DNA of 64,000 nucleotides from an uncultured Muribaculaceae bacterium (GTDB taxonomy: Bacteria; Bacteroidota; Bacteroidia; Bacteroidales; Muribaculaceae): assembly GCA_958439725.1 (NCBI GenBank), contig CAUBWJ010000001.1, positions 107,944 to 171,943 of the forward strand, read 5' to 3'. Position numbers and translations under genes: made by a program. Below, piece by piece: positions 30,155-39,762 of this stretch. The notes beneath the pieces are model-generated. The model saw nothing but the letters and a program-made list of their open reading frames with translations. It was not told the origin of the DNA and searched no databases. Position 1 is the stretch's first letter. The number at the start of each line of letters is the position of its first letter.

Positions 30155-30958
30155 ATGGCAAAAATCACAGTACAAAACACCGAAGTCAATGTAATAAAAG
30201 TAAATGGCGAGGACTATATCTGCCTGACAGATATGTTACGTGCCAAAGACGGAGATTTTTTCATAACCGATTGGTTGCGTAACCGCAACACTCTTGAATA
30301 CATCGGCATTTGGGAGAGAGTATATAATCCCGATTTTAATTATGGCGAATTCGCCATAATTAGAAATCAGTCTGGCCTCAATAGTTTCAAAATAAGCGTC
30401 AAGGAATTTGTAGCAAGAACAAACGCAATAAGCGTTCATGCAAAAGCCGGTCGATATGGCGGTACATACGCCCATAAGGATATTGCCTTTGAGTTTGCGA
30501 TGTGGATTAGCCCTGAGTTCAAAATCTACATCATCAAGGAATTTCAGAGGTTGAAGACGGAAGAACAAAGACTATTGGGTTGGTCGGCAAAGCGCGAACT
30601 GTCGAAAATCAACTACCGCATTCATACCGATGCAATAAAGCAAAACCTTATCCCGGCGGAGGTTACTCCCGCACAGGCAAGCATAATCTACGCTAATGAA
30701 GCCGATGTGCTGAATGTGGCAATATTCGGCATGACGGCAAAACAATGGCGCGAAGCCAATCCCGACCTCAAAGGGAACATACGCGATTACACAACGGTTA
30801 ACGAGCTTATATGCCTATCGAATATGGAAAACCTTAATGCGGTTTTCATCGAGCAGGGAATGACACAAGGCGAACGGCTGGTGAAACTGAACCAGATTGC
30901 CATTCATCAGATGAGCGTGCTGGAAAGCGGTGATAATGAAAGGAAGATGCTGAAATGA
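30155..30958 (+). CDS. KilA-N domain protein
   Basis: 'DYICLTDM', 'WLRNRNT.EYIG.WE', 'GRYGGTYAHKDIAFEFA.WISPEF', 'SKINYRIHTDAIK'. Confidence 0.9.
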   Translation: MAKITVQNTEVNVIKVNGEDYICLTDMLRAKDGDFFITDWLRNRNTLEYIGIWERVYNPDFNYGEFAIIRNQSGLNSFKISVKEFVARTNAISVHAKAGRYGGTYAHKDIAFEFAMWISPEFKIYIIKEFQRLKTEEQRLLGWSAKRELSKINYRIHTDAIKQNLIPAEVTPAQASIIYANEADVLNVAIFGMTAKQWREANPDLKGNIRDYTTVNELICLSNMENLNAVFIEQGMTQGERLVKLNQIAIHQMSVLESGDNERKMLK

Positions 30959-31212
30959 AAAAGTGGCAGAAAATAATAGGTATAGCTGGAATAGCCTTGT
31001 TGACTTACGCGCATATCGAAGTCTTACGAAATTATTTGCAGATAATGAATTTCTCCGGAGCCTGGCATACGAATATAGAGCAGGAATGGTTTGTCTATTA
31101 TATCGACAAAAATATAAAAATATTTTGGGCTTATCATATACTATCATTTATTGATTTGATGATAATTATATGCTTGTTCGTTTGCCTTTGGAAGAAAGGG
31201 TGTAAGAAATGA
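30955..31212 (+). CDS. Small hypothetical membrane protein (about 2 TM)
   Basis: 85-aa ORF with ATGA overlaps on both sides; low GC. Confidence 0.55.
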   Translation: MKKWQKIIGIAGIALLTYAHIEVLRNYLQIMNFSGAWHTNIEQEWFVYYIDKNIKIFWAYHILSFIDLMIIICLFVCLWKKGCKK

Positions 31213-31628
31213 TACTGACCGATAAGAGATTTTGGATCTGGGTGAGTATATGTGCTATTATCCCATTTATAATGGGATTATTTGCGATTACAATCTTAAT
31301 ATCTCCATATATAAATTTAGAGTTTTCAGATTTACTTCATTCTGAAAATATTGAAATATTTATAATATGGGAAATTGCATATTTATTGGCGTCAACCTTA
31401 TCATATAGAAAAGTTGTATCAAGTGGCACGATTACGGGTTCCATAATTTGTTGGGGAATTGTCTGTCCTTTAATTGTGTTTTCATCATTTATTTGGGCCG
31501 GAATAAGAATTCACGACGGCTTCAGAGGAGTAGCCTATTTTATGATTTCGTGTATCTCATGGTGTGTTTCAATTGTACCATTATTATTAGGAGTGTATCT
31601 GTACAAAAGGATAACATCAGTGGGTTAG
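31209..31628 (+). CDS. Hypothetical membrane protein (about 4 TM)
   Basis: 139-aa hydrophobic ORF in very AT-rich DNA, coupled to the upstream ORF. Confidence 0.6.
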   Translation: MILTDKRFWIWVSICAIIPFIMGLFAITILISPYINLEFSDLLHSENIEIFIIWEIAYLLASTLSYRKVVSSGTITGSIICWGIVCPLIVFSSFIWAGIRIHDGFRGVAYFMISCISWCVSIVPLLLGVYLYKRITSVG

Positions 31629-31720
31629 TTATGCAGGGTATAGTCGTTTAGGGAAGCAATGTAAAATAATGGTTGTTAAAATGGATCTGCAATATCCCAT
31701 GTGTAAGGTAAGCCAACTCG

Positions 31721-31970
31721 GAGCGGCGGAGCCGCGGGGATTTGTAAAACCCGCTGCGTCAGCTGCGGGGAAAACGCGTTCTGTTCCACCTGCGACGAGC
31801 CTGGGAATGGCGATGTCGCAGTGTGCGTAAGCTTGGGAACCCCGACAGACAGCCCACGCTTACGCAACAGCGAGGCGCGCATGCTCCGCAGCTTGCCTAG
31901 AAGAAATCTATTGGCCTATTTTTCCGGTAGCTGTCGCAACCGGTTGTAAATAATTCGCGCCTCCGGCGCT
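31721..31970. repeat. Diverged REPIN-like palindromic element
   Basis: Same layout as 47201-47547 (GAGC..GGAG..TGTA.AACCC.CTGCGT.AGCTG.GGG and GCTTACGC motifs). Confidence 0.6.
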
Positions 31971-32120
31971 TTCTGCCTGTTACAATATACTTTGAAGAAG
32001 TATAACCACGGCTTTTCAAACTATCGGTCCAAAAAATCCCTTCCGGATGGTTCTTAACACTTCAACCGGTTTTTCACATTGACCCCTTATTTCCACAAGA
32101 CGCCCAGATTAGAAGCAGCT

Positions 32121-32173
32121 AAAAAAACTAAAACCCGAGGTTTGTCCGAAGACAGGGACACTCGGGGGATTCC
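32121..32173 (-). ncRNA. Candidate small hairpin RNA resembling the AbiF-associated RNA (orphan)
   Basis: Minus strand GGAATCCCCCGAGTGTCCCTGTCTTCGGACAAACCTCGGGTTTTAGTTTTTTT, preceded by a TAACTTCG -7-like box (32178-32185). Confidence 0.45.
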
Positions 32174-32334
32174 GTTGCGAAGTTAAAATTATTTTCGTTA
32201 TTTTGCAACGTAGCAATACATTAAAAATCACGAAGTGTAGTGGCACTTGCATGTGGAGTGGAGGATAAAGACGCTGCAAGATGGCAGACACGGGTTGCGA
32301 AAATGGAGAAAAAGGGTTATTTTTGCATCCCGTT

Positions 32335-33828
32335 ATGAAATACGGTTTTGACAACGAGAAATATCTCAAAATCCAGTCCGAACACATAAGGGAACGCATA
32401 GCCCAGTTCGGCAACAAGCTCTACCTCGAGCTTGGAGGCAAGCTCTTCGACGACTATCATGCCTCGCGTGTATTACCGGGATTCCAGCCTGACAGCAAGC
32501 TGCGCATGCTTTCGCAACTGAGCGACCACGCTGAAATCGTGATAGTGATCTCCGCCCTTGACATCGAGAAAAACAAAGTGCGCCAGGATCTGGGTATAAC
32601 CTACGATATGGACGTGCTGCGTCTGCGCACCGAATTCACCAACCGTGGATTTCTGGTTAGCTCGGTTGTCGTGACCCATTACAACGGCCAGGCGAGCGCC
32701 GACGCTTTCCGCAGCCGCCTCGACCGCATGGGCATCCGCACCTACTGCCACTACACCATCGAGGGCTACCCCAACAATGTGGCCCTGATAGACTCCGACG
32801 AAGGCTTCGGCCGCAACGACTATGTGGAGACCACCCGGCCTCTTGTTATTGTCACAGCCCCAGGCCCCGGCAGCGGAAAGATGGCGGTATGCCTCAGTCA
32901 GCTTTATAACGAGAACAAGCGCGGTATCGAAGCTGGATATGCCAAATTCGAGACCTTCCCCGTGTGGAATCTTCCTCTGAAACATCCTGTGAACCTGGCA
33001 TACGAGGCTGCCACGGCCGACCTCAACGATGTGAACATGATCGACCCGTTCCATCTCGAGGCCTACGGAAAAACCGCCATCAACTACAACCGCGACATAG
33101 AAATATTCCCCGTGCTCAACGCCCTGTTCGAGGGCATATACGGTGAGAATCCTTACAAATCGCCCACCGACATGGGAGTGAATATGGTGGGATTCTGCAT
33201 AAACAATGACGAGGTGTGTCGCGAAGCCTCCAAAAACGAAATTATCCGGCGCTACTACACCGCTCTCGGAGCCATGGCCCAGGGGGAAGGAAACGAACAG
33301 GAGGTAAGCAAAATAGCCCTTTTGCTCAACCAGGCTAAAATATCTCTCTCCTACCGCCGCTCAACAGTGGCTGCCAAAGAGCGCGCCGAGCGTTCGGGAC
33401 GTCCCTGCTCGGCCATTGAGCTTGCCGACGGCACCATAATCACAGCCGAAACCTCGGGACTTCTCGGTCCGAGCGCCGCGCTGATTCTCAACGCCATCAA
33501 GCATCTTGCCGGGATAGACCATTCGGTGAAACTTATCCCTCAGTCGATGATAGAGCCGATACAGCACACAAAGATAAACTACCTGCGCAGCATAAACCCG
33601 CGTCTGCATACCGACGAGGTGCTCGTGGCTCTTTCCGTGCTCTCCACCACCGACGACCTCTGCCGCCGCGCCCTCGAGAAACTGCCGGAACTATACGGAT
33701 GTCAGGCCCACTCCACCGTGATGCTGGGAGAGGTTGACCACAAGATTTTCAAGAAACTCGGTGTAGGGCTCACCTGCGATCCCGCGCGCAAGCCCCCGAA
33801 GAATCTCCCCGAAGTCACCGAAGTGTGA
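32335..33828 (+). CDS. DUF1846 (UPF0371) protein
   Basis: 'GFDNEKYL', 'LYLELGGKLFDDYHASRVLPGF', 'APGPGSGK', 'GYAKFETFP'. Confidence 0.92.
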   Translation: MKYGFDNEKYLKIQSEHIRERIAQFGNKLYLELGGKLFDDYHASRVLPGFQPDSKLRMLSQLSDHAEIVIVISALDIEKNKVRQDLGITYDMDVLRLRTEFTNRGFLVSSVVVTHYNGQASADAFRSRLDRMGIRTYCHYTIEGYPNNVALIDSDEGFGRNDYVETTRPLVIVTAPGPGSGKMAVCLSQLYNENKRGIEAGYAKFETFPVWNLPLKHPVNLAYEAATADLNDVNMIDPFHLEAYGKTAINYNRDIEIFPVLNALFEGIYGENPYKSPTDMGVNMVGFCINNDEVCREASKNEIIRRYYTALGAMAQGEGNEQEVSKIALLLNQAKISLSYRRSTVAAKERAERSGRPCSAIELADGTIITAETSGLLGPSAALILNAIKHLAGIDHSVKLIPQSMIEPIQHTKINYLRSINPRLHTDEVLVALSVLSTTDDLCRRALEKLPELYGCQAHSTVMLGEVDHKIFKKLGVGLTCDPARKPPKNLPEVTEV

Positions 33829-33872
33829 TGTTCCCAGGCAAGCCCGGCGAACGACATGTTACAAAAACTTAA

Positions 33873-33915
33873 TCCCTTGCCCAAACCTTTTTTTGGCTGC
33901 AAGGGATGTTTTTTC
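33873..33915 (+). terminator. Intrinsic terminator
   Basis: ATCCCTTGC...GCAAGGGAT followed by GTTTTTT. Confidence 0.6.
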
Positions 33916-33964
33916 ATAGGAAAACCGTATTTTTACATCGCATTCCTTTTCATAAACGAACGAT

Positions 33965-35965
33965 ATGGCAAATGCCCAGAAATATACAGTAGCCGACCTC
34001 GAACGCGACCATCGTGTGCTTGAACTCCTGTCGCAGAATTTTCCCAACATCAGCGCGGCAAGCACCGAGATAATAAACCTTGAGGCGATTCTCAACCTGC
34101 CCAAAGGCACCGAACACTTCGTGGCCGACCTTCACGGCGAATACGAGGCCTTCCGCCACATTCTGAAGAACGCTTCCGGCAACATCAAGCGCAAAGTGAC
34201 CGAGATATTCGGCGCCACCATGCGCGATTCAGAGATAAAAGAGCTATGCTCCCTTATCTATTATCCCAAGCCCAAGCTGGAGATTGTAAAGCAGCATGAA
34301 CAGGACCTGGCAAACTTCTACCAGATAACGCTTAACCAGCTGGTGAAAGTGGTGCGTTCCGTATCGTCGAAATACACCCGCTCCAAAGTCAGGAAATCAC
34401 TTCCCAAAAGCTACGCCTATATTATAGAGGAGATGCTTCACGAAACTCCGGACGATGTAAAGAAACAGGCTTACTTCAACCGGATCATAGAGACCATAAT
34501 CCTCACCGGACAGGCCGAGGATTTCATTGTGGCGATGTGCAACGTGATCCAGCGCCTGAGCATTGACCAGCTCCACATTCTCGGCGATATATTCGACCGC
34601 GGCCCCGGAGCGCACCTTATAATGGACCTTCTGAGCGATTATCCCAACTTCGATATCCAGTGGGGCAACCACGACATTGTGTGGATGGGTGCGGCCGCCG
34701 GAAACCCGGTGTGCATAGCCAACGTGCTCCGCATGTCGCTCCGCTACGCCAACATGACAACACTCGAGGACGGTTACGGAATAAATCTTGTACCGCTCGT
34801 CACAATGGCAATGGAGACCTATGCCAACGACGACTGCTCCTGCTTCGCACCGCGCATAGACCCCGACGACTCCACCTATTCCGACCGCGCGCGCCTCATG
34901 CTGGCCCGTATGCACAAGGCCATAGCTATCCTGCAGTTCAAGCTCGAAGGCGCCATTATAGACCGGCATCCCGAATGGGGCATGGACGACCGCAAGCTTC
35001 TCAACCATATCAACTATAAAGAAGACACCATAACCCTCCCCGAAGGCACTTTCCCCCTTCTCGACTCTTCCTTTCCTACCATAGACCCTGCCGATCCTTA
35101 CCGGCTGACGCCTGAGGAAGCGGAACTGGTGGAAAAACTGGTGCATTCCTTCCTGGTGTCGGACAAGCTGCAGAGCCACATGGATACCCTCATATCCCAC
35201 GGCTCCATATTCGGGGTCTACAACGGCAATCTGCTGTATCATGCCTCCATCCCACTCAACCCCGACGGAACGCTCAAGGATGTGACTGTGGGAGGCGAAA
35301 AATACCGTGGACGTAAGCTGCTGAAACGCATCAACATGATAGTGCGCGCAGCCTTCAACGACGACACTGACGCCGAGGAACGCGCGTTTGCCACAGATTT
35401 CTTCTGGTTTCTCTGGTGCGCTCCAGACTCTCCCCTCTTCGACAAATCGAAAATGGCCACATTCGAGCGCTATTTCATCGAATCGCCAGAAACACATAAA
35501 GAAATCAAAGGCAATTATTACACTCTGCGCGACAATCCCCGCGTCTGCGACATGATTCTTGAGGAATTCAACGTGACCGGGCCTCACCGCCATATAATCA
35601 ACGGCCATGTGCCCGTGAGGGCCGCCAGCGGCGAAAGCCCCATAAAGGCCGACGGCAAACTGATGGTGATAGACGGAGGGTTCGCCAAAGCCTACCACGA
35701 CACCACCGGCATAGCGGGTTACACGCTCGTGTTCCACAGCCGCGGATTCGAGCTTGTGCAGCACGAGCCTTTCACTTCGGCCGAAAATGCCATTCTCAAC
35801 GGCACCGACATAGTGTCTACAAACCAGATTGTGGAGATGAGCGCCCACCGCATGCGCGTGAGCGACACCGACAAAGGCGCGGTGCTCCAGAGCCAGATCA
35901 ACGAGCTGATGGAACTGCTCTACGCCTACCGCCGGGGGTATATCCACGAGCGCGCCTCAAGGTAA
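33965..35965 (+). CDS. fbp: Fructose-1,6-bisphosphatase class 3
   Basis: 'EIINLEAILNLPKGTEHF..DLHGE', GDIFDRG, WGNHD, NGHVP, IDGGF. Confidence 0.94.
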   Translation: MANAQKYTVADLERDHRVLELLSQNFPNISAASTEIINLEAILNLPKGTEHFVADLHGEYEAFRHILKNASGNIKRKVTEIFGATMRDSEIKELCSLIYYPKPKLEIVKQHEQDLANFYQITLNQLVKVVRSVSSKYTRSKVRKSLPKSYAYIIEEMLHETPDDVKKQAYFNRIIETIILTGQAEDFIVAMCNVIQRLSIDQLHILGDIFDRGPGAHLIMDLLSDYPNFDIQWGNHDIVWMGAAAGNPVCIANVLRMSLRYANMTTLEDGYGINLVPLVTMAMETYANDDCSCFAPRIDPDDSTYSDRARLMLARMHKAIAILQFKLEGAIIDRHPEWGMDDRKLLNHINYKEDTITLPEGTFPLLDSSFPTIDPADPYRLTPEEAELVEKLVHSFLVSDKLQSHMDTLISHGSIFGVYNGNLLYHASIPLNPDGTLKDVTVGGEKYRGRKLLKRINMIVRAAFNDDTDAEERAFATDFFWFLWCAPDSPLFDKSKMATFERYFIESPETHKEIKGNYYTLRDNPRVCDMILEEFNVTGPHRHIINGHVPVRAASGESPIKADGKLMVIDGGFAKAYHDTTGIAGYTLVFHSRGFELVQHEPFTSAENAILNGTDIVSTNQIVEMSAHRMRVSDTDKGAVLQSQINELMELLYAYRRGYIHERASR

Positions 35966-36004
35966 GAGCCGTCTCCTAAGCCTCGCGACGCAAGCGACGG
36001 AATC

Positions 36005-36658
36005 TTACCATCCGTTCACGTGGATGCGCTCCTCATTGAATTTCTCCTTCACTCTTCCCGGAGCCTTGGGATAGCCCAGGGCAATCACATTCAGCGGCTG
36101 TATGCTGTCGGGAAGCGAGAAATATGAGCGCAGGGATGCTACGCGTTCCTTATGGGGATAGCCTCCGCACCACACTGCCCCGAGGCCCATTCCATGGGCT
36201 GCCAGAAGCAGATTTTCAGCTGCGGCCGAGCAATCCTCGATCCAGAACTCATTTATGCTTCCGGGCTTGCGACCGGCCGTTGAACCGCATACTATCACTG
36301 CTGCCTGCGCGCGCCCCACGGGTGCCCAGGGGCCGGCCATAGCTCCGAGACTATCGAGTATCTCACGATCATTGACCACGATGAAATGCCACGGACGCTG
36401 GTCGCGCGCCGAGGGCGCCGCCATAGCTGCGCGCAGCAGGCTGTCCAGGGTGGCGCTTTCTATTTCGCGGTCGGTATAATCGCGCACACTCGCACGCGAA
36501 AGGATATTGTCATAGACAGTTCCGGCAACCGAAGCTTCGGGAGCATCGCTTTCCACGGCTGCTGCGTTTTGTGATGCGTCGCCGCCGTAAAGTTTGAAAC
36601 AGAGGCCGAGCACGGCAAGCGCCAGAACCACATTGAATAAAACAGATGTCAGTTTCAT
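36005..36658 (-). CDS. Nitroreductase family protein with N-terminal TM/signal segment
   Basis: RASVR, 'AAPSARDQRPWHF', 'AAHGMGLGAVW', 'ALGYP'. Confidence 0.88.
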   Translation of the reverse strand: MKLTSVLFNVVLALAVLGLCFKLYGGDASQNAAAVESDAPEASVAGTVYDNILSRASVRDYTDREIESATLDSLLRAAMAAPSARDQRPWHFIVVNDREILDSLGAMAGPWAPVGRAQAAVIVCGSTAGRKPGSINEFWIEDCSAAAENLLLAAHGMGLGAVWCGGYPHKERVASLRSYFSLPDSIQPLNVIALGYPKAPGRVKEKFNEERIHVNGW

Positions 36659-36661
36659 TGA

Positions 36662-37717
36662 TTATTTACTTTCGGAAATTTTAAACAGAGTACCTGTAGG
36701 GCACACAAAACGGCAATACGGACGGTGAATGAAGAGGGAGAGCACACAGATTACGGCCGCTGCCACAATCACACCGGTAACAGCTGAATCGAGCATGAAT
36801 GCCGTGAAAAGCTCATAGTCAGTCCATGCAAACCAGCCGCCCACCCATAGGGCGAGCATCAGCGCGGCCCAGAGAGTGCGTCTCACCCACTCAAGAGCCT
36901 GCGTGGCCCGGGCTGACAGATGTATTTTCGGCAGACGGCTCATTCCCAGCAGTTCCTGAAGCGAGCCGAACGGACATATCCACAGGCAATAATGGTTCGC
37001 CCGTCCGAACAGCGGATAGACGAAAGCCGCCACAAGCATCAGAATAAGAATCAGCGACCCCCATCCGGCCACGCCTCGGCCCACAAGGCCTATCATGGCC
37101 GTATAGTTGATGAATGAGCCGGTCCAGAATCCAAGCACCACCACATTAACTATAAGCTGCACCACACGGTAACGGTGGGAACGCACAAACAGAGGCACTA
37201 TGCAGCCGCACAGCACCACGGCAAGCGATGCGAAAAATCCGGCCGTAGGCTCAAAGGGGGTTGTCACGCCCTCTGTCACAGCCGAATTCACGGCATAGTC
37301 GAGGGCCGCGTGCATATTGGCGATAACGCTCTGCGATGAATAAGTGGCGCCAGTAACCCCGTCCACCTGCAGAGCGCGGGCCTCGGCCGGTGTCATGCCG
37401 TCCCACTTATGAATCAGGGCTTCCTCGGCGCGGGCGAAGAAGCGCGGTGTCTCCACATTCGGGAGAGCCTGCACCGAGTCAATACGTCCGTCGGTGATAT
37501 AGACGGCAAGGGGCGTAGGACCTGCATAACCGCTTACGTTCTTGCAAAGCGATGCTGTGTTTATCACCGTGGTGCTTCCCGAGGTACTTACAACGGAGGT
37601 GTCTGACGGCGCAGCAGCGGGTATTCCCGCCACGGTACCGAAACGTACCACCGCCGCTGCCGCTATCATGAACAGGCAGGTCAGAAGCATCAGAAGATTT
37701 TGCAGTACTCTTGACAT
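36662..37717 (-). CDS. FMN-binding domain fused to a NosR/NapH-like 4Fe-4S membrane domain
   Basis: 'GYAGPTP', 'ETPRFF', flavinylation motif DGVTGATYSS, two CxxxCP motifs, several TMs. Confidence 0.85.
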   Translation of the reverse strand: MSRVLQNLLMLLTCLFMIAAAAVVRFGTVAGIPAAAPSDTSVVSTSGSTTVINTASLCKNVSGYAGPTPLAVYITDGRIDSVQALPNVETPRFFARAEEALIHKWDGMTPAEARALQVDGVTGATYSSQSVIANMHAALDYAVNSAVTEGVTTPFEPTAGFFASLAVVLCGCIVPLFVRSHRYRVVQLIVNVVVLGFWTGSFINYTAMIGLVGRGVAGWGSLILILMLVAAFVYPLFGRANHYCLWICPFGSLQELLGMSRLPKIHLSARATQALEWVRRTLWAALMLALWVGGWFAWTDYELFTAFMLDSAVTGVIVAAAVICVLSLFIHRPYCRFVCPTGTLFKISESK

Positions 37718-37725
37718 TTTTAATC

Positions 37726-39747
37726 TTATTTTTTGGTCAAGGGAGAATAGTCGCGGGAGTAGCGCAGCATCTGATCGGCATATCCTTCGCCATAATCAAC
37801 CTTAACGTCAACCGTATTGCCGTTCTCGTCCTTAACAAGAGTATATACGGGGTTTACGAATCCTTTGTAGGGAGCGATATCGAGGGTAGCGTAACGGTCA
37901 AGCACCTCCTTGTGAAGAACCGGATCGACTTTCACGGCGTATCTTTCGATAAGATCGCGGCCGGCCTCATAGTCGCCTTCGCTGCGCACGCGCTGTATCT
38001 CGCCAAGCAACTGTCCGAAAAGGCCGCGAAGCGCCTCATAATCATTGATGTGCACGAATGTCTTGCCGTCTTTCTTCACCAGCTCCACCACTTTGTCGGG
38101 CGCACCTTTTTCGAGGGCCCATTCGGCGATAAGCTTGCGGTTGCGCATGTGGGCTTCCTCCACGTCCTTCCCCGGCTCTATGCGCATAAGCTGTGTCATG
38201 AGACCGTTGAGCATATAGTGGTAATACTGGGCTTTGTAAGCGTCGGGGCTGTCGAGCAGTCCGAGTTCCACAAGTTTCGGATCAGCAAGATAATAGAGAG
38301 CGAAAAGGTCGGCGCGGGCCTCCTCGAGTGAAGAGCCGTGGGCCTTGAGGGCGTCGGGATCAACTCCAGGCAACAGCCGGCCGGAGCCGTGGCCGAGACA
38401 TTCATGAAGGTCTGTATGAAGATTGTCAGTCACGAACAGATAATCCTCCACAAGCTTGCGGGTGGCGGCATCGTCGATAAACTCCTCGTTGAAGCCGTTG
38501 CCCTGCGAAGCCTCGTCGTAAGCCTGGGTAATGTTTTCAATTGTCACGGATTTGGAGCCGTGGGCCGCGCGGATCCAGTTGGCGTTTGGCAGATTTATGC
38601 CTATGGGAGTGGAAGGATAGGAGTCTCCGGCAAGAATAGCCGCGGTAATCACCTTGGCGCTGACACCTTTCACCTTCTCTTTGCGGAAACGCGGATCGAC
38701 GGGCGAATGGTCCTCAAACCACTGGGCGTTGTCGGAAATCACTTCGGTGCGGTGTGAAGCCTTGTCGTTCTTGAAATTGACCATTCCCTCCCAGGCACCG
38801 GTCATTCCCAGCGGGTCGCCGTAGCTCTCTATGAAGCCGTTGATGAAATCCACCTTTGAAGCGGTATCCTCAACCCAGAGAATGGAGTAGTCGTCAAACG
38901 CACGGAGATTGCCGGTGGTATAGAATTCCACCAGTTTCTCTATCACGGCTTTCTGGGCAGGACTCTCGGCGTATTCCGCAGCCTTGTTGAGATTCTCGAC
39001 TATGCGGCGTATGGCAGAATCATACAGACCACCTATCTTATATACTTCCTCCTGCACCTTGCCGTTTTTCTTGACCACACGGGCATTGAGGCCGTAGCTT
39101 GGAGGCTCGGCAAGGGTGGTGTCCTTTACCGAGGCATAATAATCCTCGACTTCCTGCTGGGTCACACCGTCGTAGAGATTATTGGCCGAAGTCACAATCA
39201 AATCCTGGCCCTCGGCCTGATTTACACGCTTTGCCATCACCCCGGGATTGAATATCACCTCCATCAGCTCGCCGGCATTTGCGGGACGCTTTCCCACGGG
39301 AAGCTCCGCCACGCGGGTCTCGAGCCATGTACGCGAGAACTCGGGCACAAACTTATCGGTGGAATAATGGTGATGGATGCCGTTTCCGAACCACACCTGT
39401 TTCAGATATTTCTCGAACGCACGGAACTCCTTGTCATCGCGTTTGCCGCGGTAGTCGGTATACACATTCTCGAGCATGCCGCGTATGGCAAGGTTATGTT
39501 TTCCGTTCTGGTCCCAGAGGATATCGCGGCCGTTGAGTGCGGCCTCCGTAAGATAATATACGAGCATTTTCTGCCTCAGCGAGAGATTCTCGAAATCGGG
39601 CACTTTGTAGCGGAGCACCTGAAGGTCGGCGAAACGGTCCACCACATAATTGAAATCATCGTTGTTCTTTGCCATAGAGCTTAATGTGGCGCCGGTACAG
39701 ATTGCAGCGGCAATCGTGGCCACGCGTAAAGAGTTGTTGATAAGCAT
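37726..39747 (-). CDS. Dipeptidyl peptidase III (peptidase M49)
   Basis: HECLGH zinc motif, EEARAD, 'GFIESYGDP', signal peptide. Confidence 0.92.
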   Translation of the reverse strand: MLINNSLRVATIAAAICTGATLSSMAKNNDDFNYVVDRFADLQVLRYKVPDFENLSLRQKMLVYYLTEAALNGRDILWDQNGKHNLAIRGMLENVYTDYRGKRDDKEFRAFEKYLKQVWFGNGIHHHYSTDKFVPEFSRTWLETRVAELPVGKRPANAGELMEVIFNPGVMAKRVNQAEGQDLIVTSANNLYDGVTQQEVEDYYASVKDTTLAEPPSYGLNARVVKKNGKVQEEVYKIGGLYDSAIRRIVENLNKAAEYAESPAQKAVIEKLVEFYTTGNLRAFDDYSILWVEDTASKVDFINGFIESYGDPLGMTGAWEGMVNFKNDKASHRTEVISDNAQWFEDHSPVDPRFRKEKVKGVSAKVITAAILAGDSYPSTPIGINLPNANWIRAAHGSKSVTIENITQAYDEASQGNGFNEEFIDDAATRKLVEDYLFVTDNLHTDLHECLGHGSGRLLPGVDPDALKAHGSSLEEARADLFALYYLADPKLVELGLLDSPDAYKAQYYHYMLNGLMTQLMRIEPGKDVEEAHMRNRKLIAEWALEKGAPDKVVELVKKDGKTFVHINDYEALRGLFGQLLGEIQRVRSEGDYEAGRDLIERYAVKVDPVLHKEVLDRYATLDIAPYKGFVNPVYTLVKDENGNTVDVKVDYGEGYADQMLRYSRDYSPLTKK

Positions 39748-39762
39748 AATCTGAGCTTGGTA

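Noticed and set aside
31782..31789. TGTTCCAC parS half-site
   Set aside because: A single 8-mer inside a repeat element with no second half
30100..32300. Prophage or ICE remnant
   Set aside because: No integrase, att-like direct repeats, tRNA target or phage structural genes visible
34397..35947. Long antisense ORFs (516 aa here; also 26507-27946, 3396-4379, 17812-18774)
   Set aside because: They are shadows of well-recognised genes on the other strand, expected from GC-rich codon bias, and have no motifs
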